Assembly: GCF_022045235.1 (NCBI RefSeq)
Contig: NW_027266269.1
Coordinates: 21,948,001 to 22,012,000, forward strand
Origin: Haliotis cracherodii
Lineage: Eukaryota
Reading direction: 5' to 3'
DNA: 64,000 nucleotides
Shown: positions 26,101-41,100 of the stretch, one piece after another
Layout of the letters: every line of letters starts with the position of its first letter
How positions within the stretch are numbered: the stretch's first letter is position 1
Translations under genes and position numbers: made by a program
The notes under the pieces: generated by a model
What the model saw: the letters and a program-made list of their open reading frames with translations, nothing else
The model's database searches: none
What the model was told of the DNA's origin: nothing

Positions 26101-29100
26101 GGAATTTGAACTTGACGTATCCACACCTGTGGATGTCGCCATTGAAGTTTTTTCATAGTGTCCTGGCTTAACGTCCTTGGAGACGATTCCTGGGAAGATT
26201 ACATTATCGGCATTGGCGCCGGAGACATCTTTGAGATAGGTGTTTTTGTCTGGTTTTGATGGCTGCACGTACACAAATTGTTCAGTGTTGGACAGGGATA
26301 ACTTCTGTGATGTTTCCTTCAAGCTACTTCCAACTGAAGATGAAGATGACGGTGTTAAACCACTCTGTGATGATGTACCGCTCTTTGATGACATTGAACC
26401 ACTCTGTGATGACGCTGTTCCACTTTGTGATGATGTTGAACCACTCTGTGGTGACGTCGAACCACTCTGTGATGACGCTGTTCCACTTTGTGATGATGTC
26501 ATACCACTCTGTGATGACGCTGTTCCACTTTTGGATGATGTTGAACCACTCTGTGATGACGCTGTCCCACTTTGTGATGACACTGTTCCACTTGGTGATG
26601 ATGCCATACCATTCTGTGATGATGCATCACTTTGTGATGATGTCTTACCACTCTGTGATGACGCTGTTCCATTTTGTGATGATGTCATACCACTCTGTGA
26701 TGACGCTGTTCCACTTTTGGATGATGTTGAACCACTCTGTGATGATGTTGAACCACTCTGTGATGATGTCATACCACTCTGTGATGACGCTGTTCCACTT
26801 TTGGATGATGTTGAACCACTCTGTGATGACGCTGTTCCACTTTGTGATGACACTGTTCCACTTTGTGATGATGCCATACCATTCTGTGATGATGCATCAC
26901 TTTGTGATGATGTCATACCACTCTGTGATGACGCTGTTCCACTTTGTGATGATGCCATACCACTCTGTGATGACGCTGTTCCACTTTGTGATGATGTCAT
27001 ACCACTCTGTGATGACGCTGTTCCACTTTGTGATGATGTCATACCACTCTGTGATGACGCTGTTCCACTTTGTGATGATGTCATACCACTCTGTGATGAC
27101 GCTGTTCCACTTTGTGATGACGCTGAACCGCTCTGTGATGTAGATGCACTTGCTGGTACAGATTCAGTCAGATGTGTTGATGACCCAGAGTTTTTATTTG
27201 TAGAACCACCCACATGTGCCGTTTGGAAAGAGGAAGTCATCTGACTTGCAGTTGAATGGATTGATGTCCGCTGATTTGATGCAGATGTTGCTGGAGACAA
27301 TGATTGCTGGTTATAAGCAGGGTCTTTATTGACGTTTGGCATCATGGATAACCTGTCTGCTGTTGGGACAACGGGTACATAAGGCATTCCGGATCCTGAC
27401 ACTGTAAGGTGTGTTGGGTTTGTCATACTATTCAGTTGGGCAAAACCTTGTTCTGATACTGTATTGGCCACTATTGTGTTGGCAGCACTCTGTGTGTCTG
27501 GAACGGGGACGTTGCTTATTTCGTTGGATAAGGCTAAGGCAACAGAGTTGTCGTGACGTCCTGCGATAATAGGCATGAACCCGAAAACGGAGTTTTGGTT
27601 ACTCCAAGGTGAGTTTACTGGAACGTTGCTTGCACTGGATCCAGTAGTTGTGGACCCTGAACCGCTAATGGTGCCTGAACCACCAGTAGAGCTTGTCCCG
27701 CTCAAACCTGAACCGCTTGTACTGCCTGAACTGCTTATTGAACCTAAACCGGTGGTGGAGCCTGACCCGGTTGTGGAGCTTGATCCGCTAGTGGAGCCTG
27801 AAAGACTGGAAGACCCTAATCCGCTGGTAGAGCTTGATCCGGTTGTGGAACTTGATCCACTGACAGAGCCTGAATTGCTGGTAGAGCCGGAACCTGCGAT
27901 GGAGCCTGAACCTATGGTGGAGCTTGATCCGGTCGTGGAGCCTGATCCGGTCGTGGAGCCTGATGTGGTTGTCGAGGCTGAACCGCTCGTAGAGCCTGAA
28001 CCTATGGTGGAGCCTGATCCGGTCGTGGAGCCTGATCCGGTTGTCGAGGCTGAACCGCTCGTAGAGCCTGAACCTATGGTAGAACCTGATCCGACTGTGG
28101 AACTTGATCCACTGACAGAGCCTGAACCGCTCGTAGAGCCTGAACCTATGGTGGAGCCTGATCCGGTCGTGGAGCCTGATCCGGTTGTCGAGGCTGAACC
28201 GCTCGTAGAGCCTGAACCTATGGTAGAGCCTGATCCGGTCGTGGAGCCTGATCCAGTTGTCGAGGCTGAACCGCTCGTAGAGCCTGAACCTATGGTGGAG
28301 CCTGATCCGGTCGTGGAGCCTGATCCGGTTGTCGAGGCTGAACCGCTCGTAGAGCCTGAACCTATGGTGGAGCCTGATCCGGTCGTGGAGCCTGATCCAG
28401 TTGTCGGGGCTGAACCGCTCGTAGAGCCTGAACCTATGGTGGAGCTTGATCCGGTCGTGGAGCCTGATCCGGTTGTCGAGGCTGAACCGCTCGTAGAGCC
28501 TGAACCTATGGTAGAACCTGATCCGACTGTGGAGCTTGATCCGACTGTGGAGCTTGATCCGACTGTGGAGCTTGATCCGATTGTGGGGCCTGATCCGGTT
28601 GTCGAGGCTGAACCGCTAGTAGAGCTTGATCCACTGACAGAGCCTGATGCGTTAGTAGAGCTAGTTCCGCTGGTAGCGCTTGTTCCGCTGGTAGAGCCTG
28701 TTCCGATGGTAGAGCCAGTTCCGATGGTAGAGCTTGAGCCGATTGTGAAGCCTGATCCGGTTGTCGAGGCTGAACCGCTGGTAGTGCTTGTTCCGATAGT
28801 AGAGCTGGATCCGGTTGTGGAACTTGACCCACTGACAGAGCCTGATCCGCTAGTAGAGCCTGTTCCGATAGTAGAGCTGGATCCGGTTGTGGAACTTGAC
28901 CCACTGACAGAGTCTGATCCGCTAGTAGAGCCTGTTCCGATAGTAGAGCTGGATCCGGTTGTGGAATTTGATCCACTGACAGAGCCTGATGCGATCAGAG
29001 AGCCTGAGCCGCTGGCCGAACTTGTTCCGATGGTAGAACTAGATCCGGTTCCGATTGTTGTGCCTGAACCGCCCGTATTGCTTGATCCACTGACAGAGCC

Positions 29101-32100
29101 TGATGCAATCGTAGAGCCTGAGCCGCTGGTCATGCTTGTTCCGCTGGTAGCGCTTGTTCCGCTGGCCGTACTTGTTCCAATGGCAGCGATTGTTCCGGTG
29201 GTAGAACTAGATCCGGTTGCGATTGTTGTGCCTGAACCGTTAGTAGAGCTTGATCCAGTTGTGGAACTTGATCCAGTTGTGGAACTTGATCCACTGACAG
29301 AATCTGATCCGCTAGTAGAACCTGTTCCGATGGTCGTGCTTGTTCCGCTGGTAGCGCTTGTTCCGCTGGTAGAGCCTGTTCCGCTCGTAGCGCTTGTTCC
29401 GATGGTCGTGCTTGTTCCGCTAGCAGAGTCTGTTCCGCTAGTGGAACCTGTTCCTATGGTCGTGCTTGAACCGGTTGTGGAACTTGATCCGCTGGCAGAG
29501 CCTGAACCGCTGCTGGTGCTTGAAGTCTTGGAAGTGGTTGAACTTGACCCAGTTGTAACAGAACCGACGGTTGAGCCTGACGCAGCTGTTGTGCCTGAAC
29601 CTGTAGGGAGGCTTGATGCGAGTGTTGTGCTTGAACCACCGATAGAGGTTGATGCTGAGGCAGATTTTGACCCAGTTGTTGAACCTGAACCGACAACAGT
29701 GACCGAACCGCCTGTGGGACTTGGTGCGGATGCTTGTCCACCAACAACATACTTGTCTGAAGAGACTTCATTGTGGGTTAAATGTGATGGCAAGGGGGCC
29801 TGTGCTACCTGGACAGGGATACTTGCAGATGTTGAAAATACATTGCCAGTATTGTGTGCCGTTTCCACAGAATTGGTCTGTGTGTGAGAGTGGATGAGGG
29901 TGTGGACATGTGAATCTCTAATGATACCGGTGGTGGATGCGTGCCAGTCATTCGGACTCCAGACAACATGGTTCTGGCCCGATAGATCAGTCACAACAGA
30001 TTCTACACCTGTCTTCGTGTTTCCAGGTTTGTACATGGTTCCAGCATCGATCGCATTGTCAGCATTGAAACCAGATACGTCCTTTACAATGCTTGTCTTA
30101 TCCGGCACTGCGTTTTTATTGGGGGACATTGCGTAAACTACGTTCGAGTCAGACGGTAATTCCGTTGCACCGTTGGTCGTTGCAGAGGATCCTGTTTGAA
30201 CAGTTGTCGAACTGGTATGACCTGTCGAAACCGCATTGTTTGTCGTTGTTCCAAGTGTGCCTGTCTGGATTGATCCGGTTCCCGATTGCTGTGTTGAACC
30301 GGTATGGTCTGTCGAAACCGCATGGCCTGTGGTTGAACCAATTTGGCCTGTCTGGATGGATCCGGTTCCCGATTGGTGTGTGGAACTGGCATGACCTGTC
30401 GAAACCGCATGGCCTGTTGTTGAACCAATCGGGCCTGTCTGGATTGAATCGGTTGTAGACTGTTCTGTGGAACTGGTATGAAGAGTTGAACCTGTCAGTA
30501 TAGTGGTAGGACCTGATGAGCCTAGGGTTACAGCATTTGAAGTGAGACCAGTTTGTGATGATCCGGTTGTGAACGTAGTACCAGTTACCTATAAGTAAAG
30601 AGAGAAATGTTTTATGGGCGGATTTATTTTTAAAAATGAACATCAAATGCAAAATGAGTGTTTAAGCACCGTACAATTAGTTTTAATCAATTTCAACATA
30701 TACCTCTATGATATATATCATGGTATTATCCCAATTTAACATTGCTACTAAATATTAGTCTTGATCCTCAATGCTTTCCAAAAATGAATAAAAACGAAAG
30801 TAAAAGATATAGGCAAACTCCATTTCATAAAATCACCAATGCATCACATATTTTCACAAAACAAAGTGACATTAATCAGTATCAGAATGAGGCGGTGATG
30901 ATAAACAAGCTATTATCTACTTTTCAATTGTAAACCGATTTGATCAGGTCTTGGGATGGAACCAACTGTGCCTGCCTGAAATTATATGTTCCCATAGTAG
31001 TGATTACTGTTATGGTAAACGGCTTATGTATCTACTAGTCAGTGTTAAATCCGCATCATTTGCCAGTATTGTGTAGTGTACATATAGTATTACACGAAGC
31101 TATCTATGACCATGAACGGTGCAGTACACTACAATGCAATAAACATGTAAGCCAAGTATTCACATCAAACAATCAAGCAATTTGATAGCAAATGTTCACT
31201 GTTCAAATGTGCCTAGGTGACAAAACATACATTGAACATATACACATGTTCCATACCTACCTTTGGTGATTCAAGTCTATGACATACACACAATGATATG
31301 TGACATATGGTAATTTAGCCATGCGTGCAGGTATATACTACTCAAAACAGGTTCAAGAACACCCACAGTTGAAAGGCTGTGTGTTGCAATAGTCACCAGC
31401 CACCAGAATGTTCTTTAACTTCTTTTGTTTAATATATACAACGCACAACATATAACCATACAACAGTCTAGCGATATGGGACATTGACAATTGAGTCATG
31501 CGTGCAGACATATACATGTATAACAGATATGACTATACCACAGTATAGCGACATATGGCATTGACAATTGACTCATACGTGTCTACATATATAACACATG
31601 TGACTATACTACAATATAAGCGTCTATATAGCAACATGTGACAGTTGATACAAGAGTCATACAGATGTATAACATTTGGCACTAAATAATGGTATACCAC
31701 AGGATAGGATGGTATATGCAAACTAAGAAGAAAACTAAAGCATACAAAGACATATTTATAACACTGGACGATAAGCATAAACAACATTATACAACATACA
31801 GATACAGGTAACTCTTCTGCTGAACACAATGACATGAAGACTAATACCAATAGGCGCAAGCCACTTGTTTCATACCATCTGTTAATCCAGCTTTCACTCA
31901 CAAATGCACATGAAGTCATTCTCGAAGACGCAATTTACCATTGCATGAGGGTCGCTTGACCATGGATCCTTATCTTAAAGAAGCATTACTATATTATCTG
32001 TCTTCCCAACAAACATTCCAAGCATATCCTGACTTTAGAATAGGGCACATTGACATAAAGCAAGCGTTTGTGAAGCAATAGCGTGTCAGAGCAACTATAA

Positions 32101-35100
32101 ACGACGTACAAGTCCAGATGCTTCAGTTGTTGTAATAATGTTGGCTGAAGTTGTCGCTGCGGGCGTTGATGTTGTGGTAGTCTCTGTGATAGTCCCCTCC
32201 TTCATGGCACTGCTGTTGGCACTACTTGGGGATTCCTTCTCAGTTGACGTTGCTATCGCGTTGGTTGTTTCAGTGCTGAAACTGCCGGAGGTTTGGGATG
32301 AATTTGTTGATCCTGATGCTGTGTTTATATTAGATGATATCCCGGGTACCTTGGTGGTTGCAGCCGTAGGAAGCTGTGTTGAGAGTCCACTGGTACTTGA
32401 CTGTTTCGCTGAAGTTGAGAATTGGCCTTCATGTGGAATTGTCGTGCCCGTTATTTCAACTTGCGGTATAGAAGGTGCGTCAGTTCTTTCGCCTTGGGAA
32501 GTGGTTGTTGTGGCTGACTGCGAAAATGCCTTCGAAGGAAAGGGGTGGGAAGGCGCAATGGTTGTGCCTGACACTTCGCCTTGAGCTGAAATGGTTGTGC
32601 TAGACGTTCCGCCTTGGGAAGCAGCGGTTGTGTCCGGTTGCGAAGATGTCATTGTCACTGATGTCTCAGATGGAAGGGGATGGGAGGCTGTAATGGTTGG
32701 TTTCGATGTCTCGCCTACATCAGCAGTGGTTGTGCCCGGTGGTGAAGCTGCCATTGTTACTGATGGCTCGGAAGAAATAGGATTGGAAGTTGCAATGGTT
32801 GTGCTCGATGTTTCTCCTTGAGAAGCAGTGGTTATGCCTGGTGCTGAAGAAGTCAATTGCATTGTTACAGGCGGAAGGGTATGGGATGTCGCATTGGTTG
32901 TGCCTGACGTTTCGCCTTGAGCTGCAACGGTTGCAGTTGTAGGAATATGTGTTGAGGGTCCACTTGTATTTGTCTGTCTCGATGAAGCTTTATATTCGTC
33001 CAGTTTCAAAACAGCAAGGACTAACTCGTATGGACAAGTTTTTACACTACCTGCCAATACAGCCCGAGCTCTTTCTACAGTCATGTTTTGAACCGTAGTT
33101 GCTTTGTTGACATTGGACGGGCTAACCATTGAGGCCGATGAAGCGGGTAGATTAGGGATGTGGACATGTGAGGCAGTAGTGACTGTGGTTTGGTTCTGGG
33201 TTGCAGATGTTGTGCCCGCTGTATGGCTTTCGGCTATATATGTTGTGCCTGTGGTTTCGCTTCCACTTACTGTTTTTGATGCGGCTGTTGTTTCTACTTC
33301 AGGTACAGTTGGTGCATAAGTTGTGACGCCTTGAGTTGAAGTTGGTGCTGCTGTTGTTTGACCTGGAGTTGCAGTGGGTGTGCCAGTGGTTTCTCCTTCA
33401 GGGCCAGTGATCTTGACTGTTGTTACTCTTTGTGCAGTGGGCCTGGTTGTTGTATCTCCTTGGATAGCTACGCCTGTGTCTGGCGTTGAAGATGGCATTG
33501 TTACTAATGTCCCAGACGGAAGTGGATGGGAAGCTATCTCCTGTCTCTGATCTTTTATTGCAGTGTTTGTTTCTCCTTGGAATACAACGGTGGCATTTGT
33601 TTGGTCTTGAGCTGTAATGGTTTTTCCTGATGTTTCGTTTTGAGCAGCAAGGGTTGTCCCTGACGTTTCGCCTTTAGCTGCAATGGTTGTGCCGGACGTT
33701 TCGCCTTGAGCTGCAATGGTTGTGCCGGACGTTTCGCCTTGAGCTGCAATGGTTGTGCCTGATGTTTTGCCTTGAACTGCAATGGTTGTGCCTGACTTTT
33801 CACCTCGAAATGCAACGGTTGTGACTGATGTTTTGCCTTGAGTTGCAGATAAAGTTGTTTCCGGGTACTCAGATGAAATTGGTTGGGAAGCGGCCTTGGG
33901 TGCAACGGTTGCTCGTGTTGTTCCAGTTATCACTAAGGCAGCTGTGCGTGCACCTGGGGCTATGGTACTAGCGAGACTCTTCACGGTGACTGGGGCCTTA
34001 GCTGAGCCCAGACCTGTCAGGTTGTATGATCCTTCTGATACTGCGTTAACGCTTTCTTGAGCAGCCCCAACAATGTTTTCATAAATAAACAAGTCACTAA
34101 TCAATTGCTTTTTACTGTTTTTCAGTGAATCAGTGTTGCTTGCATAGATGTGGTTTGATGTTAAATCAAGTGATGTTTTATCATGGAGAGTGTTTTTACT
34201 CAAATCCCGCGATGCTTGATCCTTCGGAGGGACAACTTTCTGCTGAATTGGTGTCGTTTGTCCCTGTGGTCCTACAGTCGATATAGGTGTGATTGTCATC
34301 TCAGTTGGAATTGGGTTGAGTGTCGACTGTTCCTGAGTAAAGGTTGACTCGGATGCCGCTGTCATCACATCTGTATTTAAAGCCTCTGGCATAAAAGAAA
34401 CTAATTGCTGATTTGTCAGAAACCTTGTTGTATCAGTGACATTGTTTGTCCTGTCTTGATTACTCGATACAGTTGTAGATGTATGTTCAACAGTTTCATT
34501 CCCTGGCCCCATGACGACAGGAAGTGTTGATGGACTTTGAGAAACATTCTGAGATGTCCCTGTTGATGACGTTGCTGAAGTTTCTGAATATGCTAACGTA
34601 GTAGCTGTCTGATTTGATGGAACTGGACTCGACGAAGTACCTGCATTAGTATTCTCGGGAACATGTTCTCCAGATTGCTGTGCCATCAAAGTTGTGTACT
34701 GCACTGTATGCTCACTTGGTGCCCTGTGTCCAGTACCGACTACAGAGGTTGCTTCTATTGCATGAGGCTCCTGTATTGTAGATGGTTCTGTTGCACGGGT
34801 CTCCTGTATTGTAGATGGTTCTGGGGTAGTTTCTTGGCATGGTTTCAATCCAGCTTCCAGTAACAAGCGCGCCAACTGCGGTGTTAAGTTGGGAAATCTT
34901 GGAAACCGAACTGTAGCTTGATTTAGATCCTACAGTGGCGATAAAATGGCGATAGTTACACTTGTATAAAATATGAATGAAGTCAGAGTTGACTTTTGGG
35001 TTTTCAGTTCTTAATTCTTTCATTGCGATGTCTCGGCACATATGCTGGTACCTTCATCAAGCTTACATTTTCAAAGCGATGTCTCGGCACATATGCTGGT

Positions 35101-38100
35101 ACCTTCATCAAGCTTACATTTTCAAAGCGATGTATCGGCACAAATGCTGATACCTTCATCAAGCTTACATTTTCAAAGCGATGTATCGGGACATATGCTG
35201 GTACCTTCATCAAGCTTACATTTTCAAAGCGATGTATCGGCACATATGCTGGTACCTTCATCAAGCTTACATTTTCAAAGCGATGTATCGGCACATATGC
35301 TGGTATCTTCATCAAGCTTACATTTTCAAAGCGATGTATCGGCACATATGCTGGTACCTTCATCAAGCTTACATTTTCAAAGTGATGTCTCGGCACATAT
35401 GCTGGTACCTTCATCAAGCTTACATTTTCAAAGCGACGTATCGGCACATATGCTGGTACCTTCATCAAGCTTACATTTTCAAAGCGATGTATCGGCACAT
35501 ATGCTGGTACCTTCATCAAGCTTACATTTTCAAAGCGACGTATCGGAACATATGCTGGTACCTTCATCAAGCTTACATTTTCAAAGCGATGTATCGGCAC
35601 AAATGCTGGTACCTTCATCAAGCTTACATTTTCAAAGCGATGTATCGGGACATATGCTGGTACCTTCATCAAGCTTACATTTTCAAAGCGACGTATCGGC
35701 ACATATGCTGGTACCTTCATCAAGCTTACATTTTCAAAGCGATGTATCGGCACATATGCTGGTACCTTCATCAAGCTTACATTTTCAAAGCGACGTATCG
35801 GAACATATGCTGGTACCTTCATCAAGCTTACATTTTCAAAGCGATGTATCGGCACAAATGCTGGTACCTTCATCAAGCTTACATTTTCAAAGCGATGTAT
35901 CGGGACATATGCTGGTACCTTCATCAAGCTTACATTTTCAAAGCGATGTCTCGGCACATATGCTGGTACCTTCATCAAGCTTACATTTTCAAAGCGATGT
36001 CTCGGCACATATGCTGGTACCTTCATCAAGCTTACATTTTCAAAGCGATGTATCGGCACAAATGCTGGTACCTTCATCAAGCTTACATTTTCAAAGCGAT
36101 GTATCGGGACATATGCTGGTACCTTCATCAAGCTTACATTTTCAAAGCGATGTATCGGCACATGTATCAAGCAAGTGATAAACGTCACATTGAGAGAGAA
36201 AAGAAGTTGACATCCATAACACATCTCTGTCTTAATTCATTCTACAGCTTCTACATGTCATAATGTATGTTACCTGAAATAAAATGTTTTCGTCTGTGCA
36301 CATTCGTTTGTACACATTATAATTAACGTTCCAACACACCGTACACATCAAACAAGGTTAAACACCGTGGTATGTTTTCACGCCATCAGTTTCAGTATTA
36401 AAATCAATACAAAGTTCGAGAAAAAAATCCCATTTCACTCAAATAGAAAATATGCAAACAAAACATACAGAAAACAATAAATCTTCACAAGCCTGAAATA
36501 GGAAGGTTTTACATCGTCATGTGGTGAACAAAAGGAATACAGCCATGCTAAATCAAGCATCTTTGTTAATGGCAATGTTATAGCTACCGCCATCTTTCTA
36601 TGGTAGGCAAAGGTAGTGAAGGAGGGGCAGGGGTAGGCAGAAGACATATATTTATATTTTAAGCATCTCGTGTAAGTTTATAGTTTTAAGCTACACTTAT
36701 ATGATACATTGTGGTAATACACGATGATAGTGGCCGAACGTGCATCACACATCGTGGTAACGTAAGTTCTTTGTTAGGTTCCTTTCTGGAAAATAAAACG
36801 TGACGCCAAGATATTTGTTAGAATATAAATTGGTCTGTGAATATACCTTGATTTTGAAGAGTCGGAGTTTCTTGTAAAGTTGAAAATAGGAAGTCTCGTT
36901 CTGACGTTTCCATTCCGTTTTAGAAGGTTAACTTCTGAGATATATTTCAAAATACATTAACATTGTACAACAAATGTTTAGTTATGCAATGTGGAAGCAT
37001 AAGTTTAAACTTTTCTTTAAAATACATTATGGTAAATTTATAGTTTGAAACTAAGCTTCTATAATACATTGTTGTAATGTCATTCTATAAGCAAATCTTA
37101 TATCTATATACAATGAGGTAATATAAGTTTACACTGCAAAGCTGAGGGTTCAATAATACAATTTGGTAACATAAGTTTATATTTTGCATTAATAATACTT
37201 GTGGTAATGTAAGATTATAGTTTGAAGCTAAGTTTTAATAATACTTTGTGGTAATTTAAGTTTATAGTTTGGAGCTAAGCATTTATAATACACTGCACCA
37301 ATACAATTTCTTGTTCCAAGCTAATGTAAGCGTTAGGCTTTCATACAGTGAAACAGTAGAAAGTCCCTATCAGACGTTTTCATTCCGTATTAAGACACAG
37401 GAAATTTAGGTATATGTATTTTCAAAGTGTTCTTGGGGCGGTGGGGCAGCCTCGCGATTAAAGAGTTTGCTCGTCCTGCCGAAGGCCCAGGTTCGATTCC
37501 GCACATGGATACCATGTTTGAAGCTCATTTTTGGTGTCCCCCGCCATGATATTGCTGGAATATTACCAAACGTGGCGTAACGCCGAACTCACTCACTCAC
37601 TCACACAAGACGTCTTACTATACTTCAAAGTTTATACATTATGTGCTTGTTTGTTCAGTTTAAACATATTTTCGTCACACGATCAGAATTGGGCAGGGGA
37701 TATCATAATTTAGATCGCCCTCCCATAGGTTTACAAGCATGCTTATGTACAATTAATATATTTAGTGACATAGAAGAAAGAAGAGAAATAGAGAGACGTA
37801 TATACATCAACATTGCTCGTTCAAACCTCAACTAGCGTGATTTCGATAGTAAAATAACAGGTATCTTTACCATTTAAGAATAATCAGTGTATTATTTCGT
37901 GTGTAACTAATTTGAAAAATAGACATTTAATGAAAATATAATATGGTTAAAAATGACAAGCAGGGGAAAATAGGGATCTCTTCTGACCCGGGAACACCAT
38001 CGCATGTACATAAGGCAGGGGTAAAAGCAACAAAGTAATGCAATACAAATTGTTACGACACAAGCGCAGGGGGGCTATATACCCAAAACCAGTTGCATGG

Positions 38101-41100
38101 AACCGCCATCTAGAAGTCTTTCACCAGGGGTCAAAGCATGTCCTCTACATTTCAAGATAGCCCAAGACATTCCTGAAAGCAACCATATTACAATTAATGT
38201 TAGATATCCTGTGCGGGGTATACATGTTAAATTGCGGCATGGTATGTCAGTGGGATAGCACTAAAACAATAGTCCGGACTAGTACAAGCAGCCATACACA
38301 CACACGCGCACGCATTCACGCACTCACGCATGCACGCACACACACACACACGTGCATGAACGTCGCTAATTAAATTATTGGACGCGACGTTAAACCCCAT
38401 TTCACCTCACCTCACCTCACCTCACCTCAACCGTAGTTGCTGGCTAAGTAAACGGTAGGCTTCCCATTGGCCAACTGAGAGCGTAACAATTTAACGACAA
38501 ATCTAGCAAATTGAGATGGACATCGACACGATTGATTGACCGACAGGCACGCTATTTCTCCGTCCCCAGTCAACAGCATGAACCATCCCCAGGACCGACC
38601 AGGGGTGGGGGTGGGGGTGGAAATAGATCATGCGTTCTGATAAACAGCGGAAATATATTTTGCATACTGTACTCACTATACTGTAAAACAATAGGTGCTT
38701 TACTAAAATAATTCAATGAAAGTTCGACCGCGATTTAATTGATACATCGTTCAAGGCGATACATCTTAAAGGTCCGGTCGAATCCTGATCAACGCTCAGG
38801 TCTAATGTCAGTAATCCAGTATTGATAACCCAAAGTTCTTTGGTCCCCGGGTTCCGCTTAAACAAAGCTAACTTCGCGCTAAGACTACTGTAAGTCTATA
38901 GTAAAGTATGGGGGTCTTAGTGCTGAGATCTTTTGATGCGCCCATGGCCCCTTTCCACAAAACGATCTTACGATTGTCGTAAGTCTATGTGAAAATATTT
39001 CAGCTAAGATCGTCTTAGCACTGATAACGCTTTGTGGAACGGGGACCGGGTCTTCGAGCTAATGAGGTTCCAACGTTCAAATTTCTGAATTACAGTAAAC
39101 TACGGTTGTAACGAACACGCTTATAACGAACTGACGGATATAACGAACTTACTTTTTAGTCCCGACTATTTACTGTAGTTATGCTGAATATATATATACT
39201 TATAAAGAACTACGGTTATAACGAACTAAACATAGTAGTCCCTTTGAGTTCGTTATAACCGTAGTTTACTGTAGTTGTATTCTTATGTTAAATACTACTC
39301 AGAAAGCCCCTTCAGTTAATCAGCAACAGCAGATTATGATCACTACATTCCTTTGTAAAACAACGTATTCTATTCTGGGATGAGGTCGAGGGATGCAAAC
39401 AGTACCAGCGTACGATAATAAATCCAGCGTCATTCTTCCTGAGATTCATAAATATAAGACAGGATAAAAACATATTTCGCGAGTGGGTTGGGTTTCATAC
39501 CGAAGTTCGCACTGTTGACGCCATATCACGGCCGTGTAGAACAAGAGTAGGCTTCTGGAACTAAACCCATTGTTTTAATTAAACCCGAATCTTTGGCGTG
39601 ACGAGCCACCGGTTTAACCACACGAGTGAGTGAGTGAGTGAGTTGGGTTCAACGCCGCTTTGAACAGTATTTCAGTTATATCCCCGTGTGTCAGCTTAAT
39701 GTTGGATAAAAACTCGAAGTGATGCAAAGTTTAGACGTTTACCCCTTTGGTGAAACTCACCAGTACATGTATAATGCATTATCAAGGCGAACAGGGATTC
39801 GAACCCACGATCATAGGTTTCTGGCACACCTAAGGGGCGCAACTCCAGCGAATTGCCACGACTTTGGCGGCTTTGCCACCTGTACAATCCCTCCTCCCAG
39901 CTAAATACACAAGCATCATTGTATAGTATATCGCTCAAGGACAGTCAGGACAGTTTACTACCATGTGTATAATATATAGAACTGAAAAACAGTTAAGTAA
40001 CACCCGTTTCTTATATAACAGTAGTTAATGGGTCATGCCTTGCCAGATTATATATTGTAGTATGAAAGACTCGTATGCTCCAGAACGTCTTTGGTAGCAT
40101 ATACAATATAGTCAAGATAATGTTTGTTCTAATGCAACCCGATGCCAATTCAAGATGTAATACTTACAGTCTGTGGTGCTTGTGATGCGGGTGAGGCAGC
40201 GTTGGTAGATTCATTTGGAGGTGCACCTGTGGACTGAACCGTAGCAGCAGCCGGTTGAGCCGTAGCAGCGTCAGATGGTCGACCCGTATTAGCTTCATTT
40301 GGCAAACGAACTGTGTCAGCAGGGACCGGAGCAGCAGCAGGAGCTGTTGGCTGGGTAAATGATGGGGACTTCCCATCTAGAGTCGATGCTGGATCTGTTG
40401 TCTCGGCGGGCAACGTTGTACCATCTGTAAATGTGGCTACAGTAGAAGCCGATTTCTGTGATGTGGTGGTACCTGCAGCCTGTGCTATGGTGGTACCAGC
40501 TGCCTGTAATGTGGTGGTACCAGCTGCCTGTGATATGATGGTACCTGCTGCCTTTGATGTGGTAGTACCCTCAGTTTGTGCTGTGGTGGTACCTGCTGCC
40601 TGTGCCGTGGTAGTACCTTCAGCCTGTAATGTGGTGGTACCTGCTGCCTGTGCCGTGGTAGTACCTGCATCCTGTGATGTGGTGGTACCTGCTGCCTGTG
40701 CCGTGGTAGTACCTGCATCCTGTGATGTGGTGGTACCTGCTGCCTGTGCCGTGGTAGTCCCTGCAGCCTGTGCCGTGGTGGTACCTGCAGCCTGTAATGT
40801 GGTGGTACCTGCAGCCTGTGATGTGGTGGTACCTGCAGCCTGTGATGTGGTGGTACCTGCAGCCTGTGATGTGGTGGTACCTGCAGCCTGTGATGTGGTG
40901 GTACCTGCTGCCTGTGATGTGGTGGTACCTGCATCCTGTGATGTGGTAGTACCTGCAGCCTGTGATGTGGTGGCACCTGCTGCCTGTGATGTGGTGGTAC
41001 CTGCAGCCTGTGCCGTGGTGGTACCTGCAGCCTGTGCAGTGGTGGTACCTGCCGCCTGTGCCGTGGTGGTACCTGCAGCCTGTGATGTGGTGGTACCTGC

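Noticed and set aside
20794-29887. Long plus-strand and alternative-frame ORFs over exon 5 (745, 791, 428, 334 and 770 aa etc.)
   Set aside because: Shadow ORFs: in-frame tandem repeats lacking stops in other frames. They start and stop with the repeat blocks and have no independent gene signals.
35004-36263. 360-406-aa ORFs on both strands
   Set aside because: By-product of a 51-bp satellite; no usable splice sites or credible start. Reported as a repeat.
36230-36290. Acceptor-like ttttatttcag in intron 3 (minus strand)
   Set aside because: All three frames hit a stop within about 14 codons and no convincing donor precedes it.
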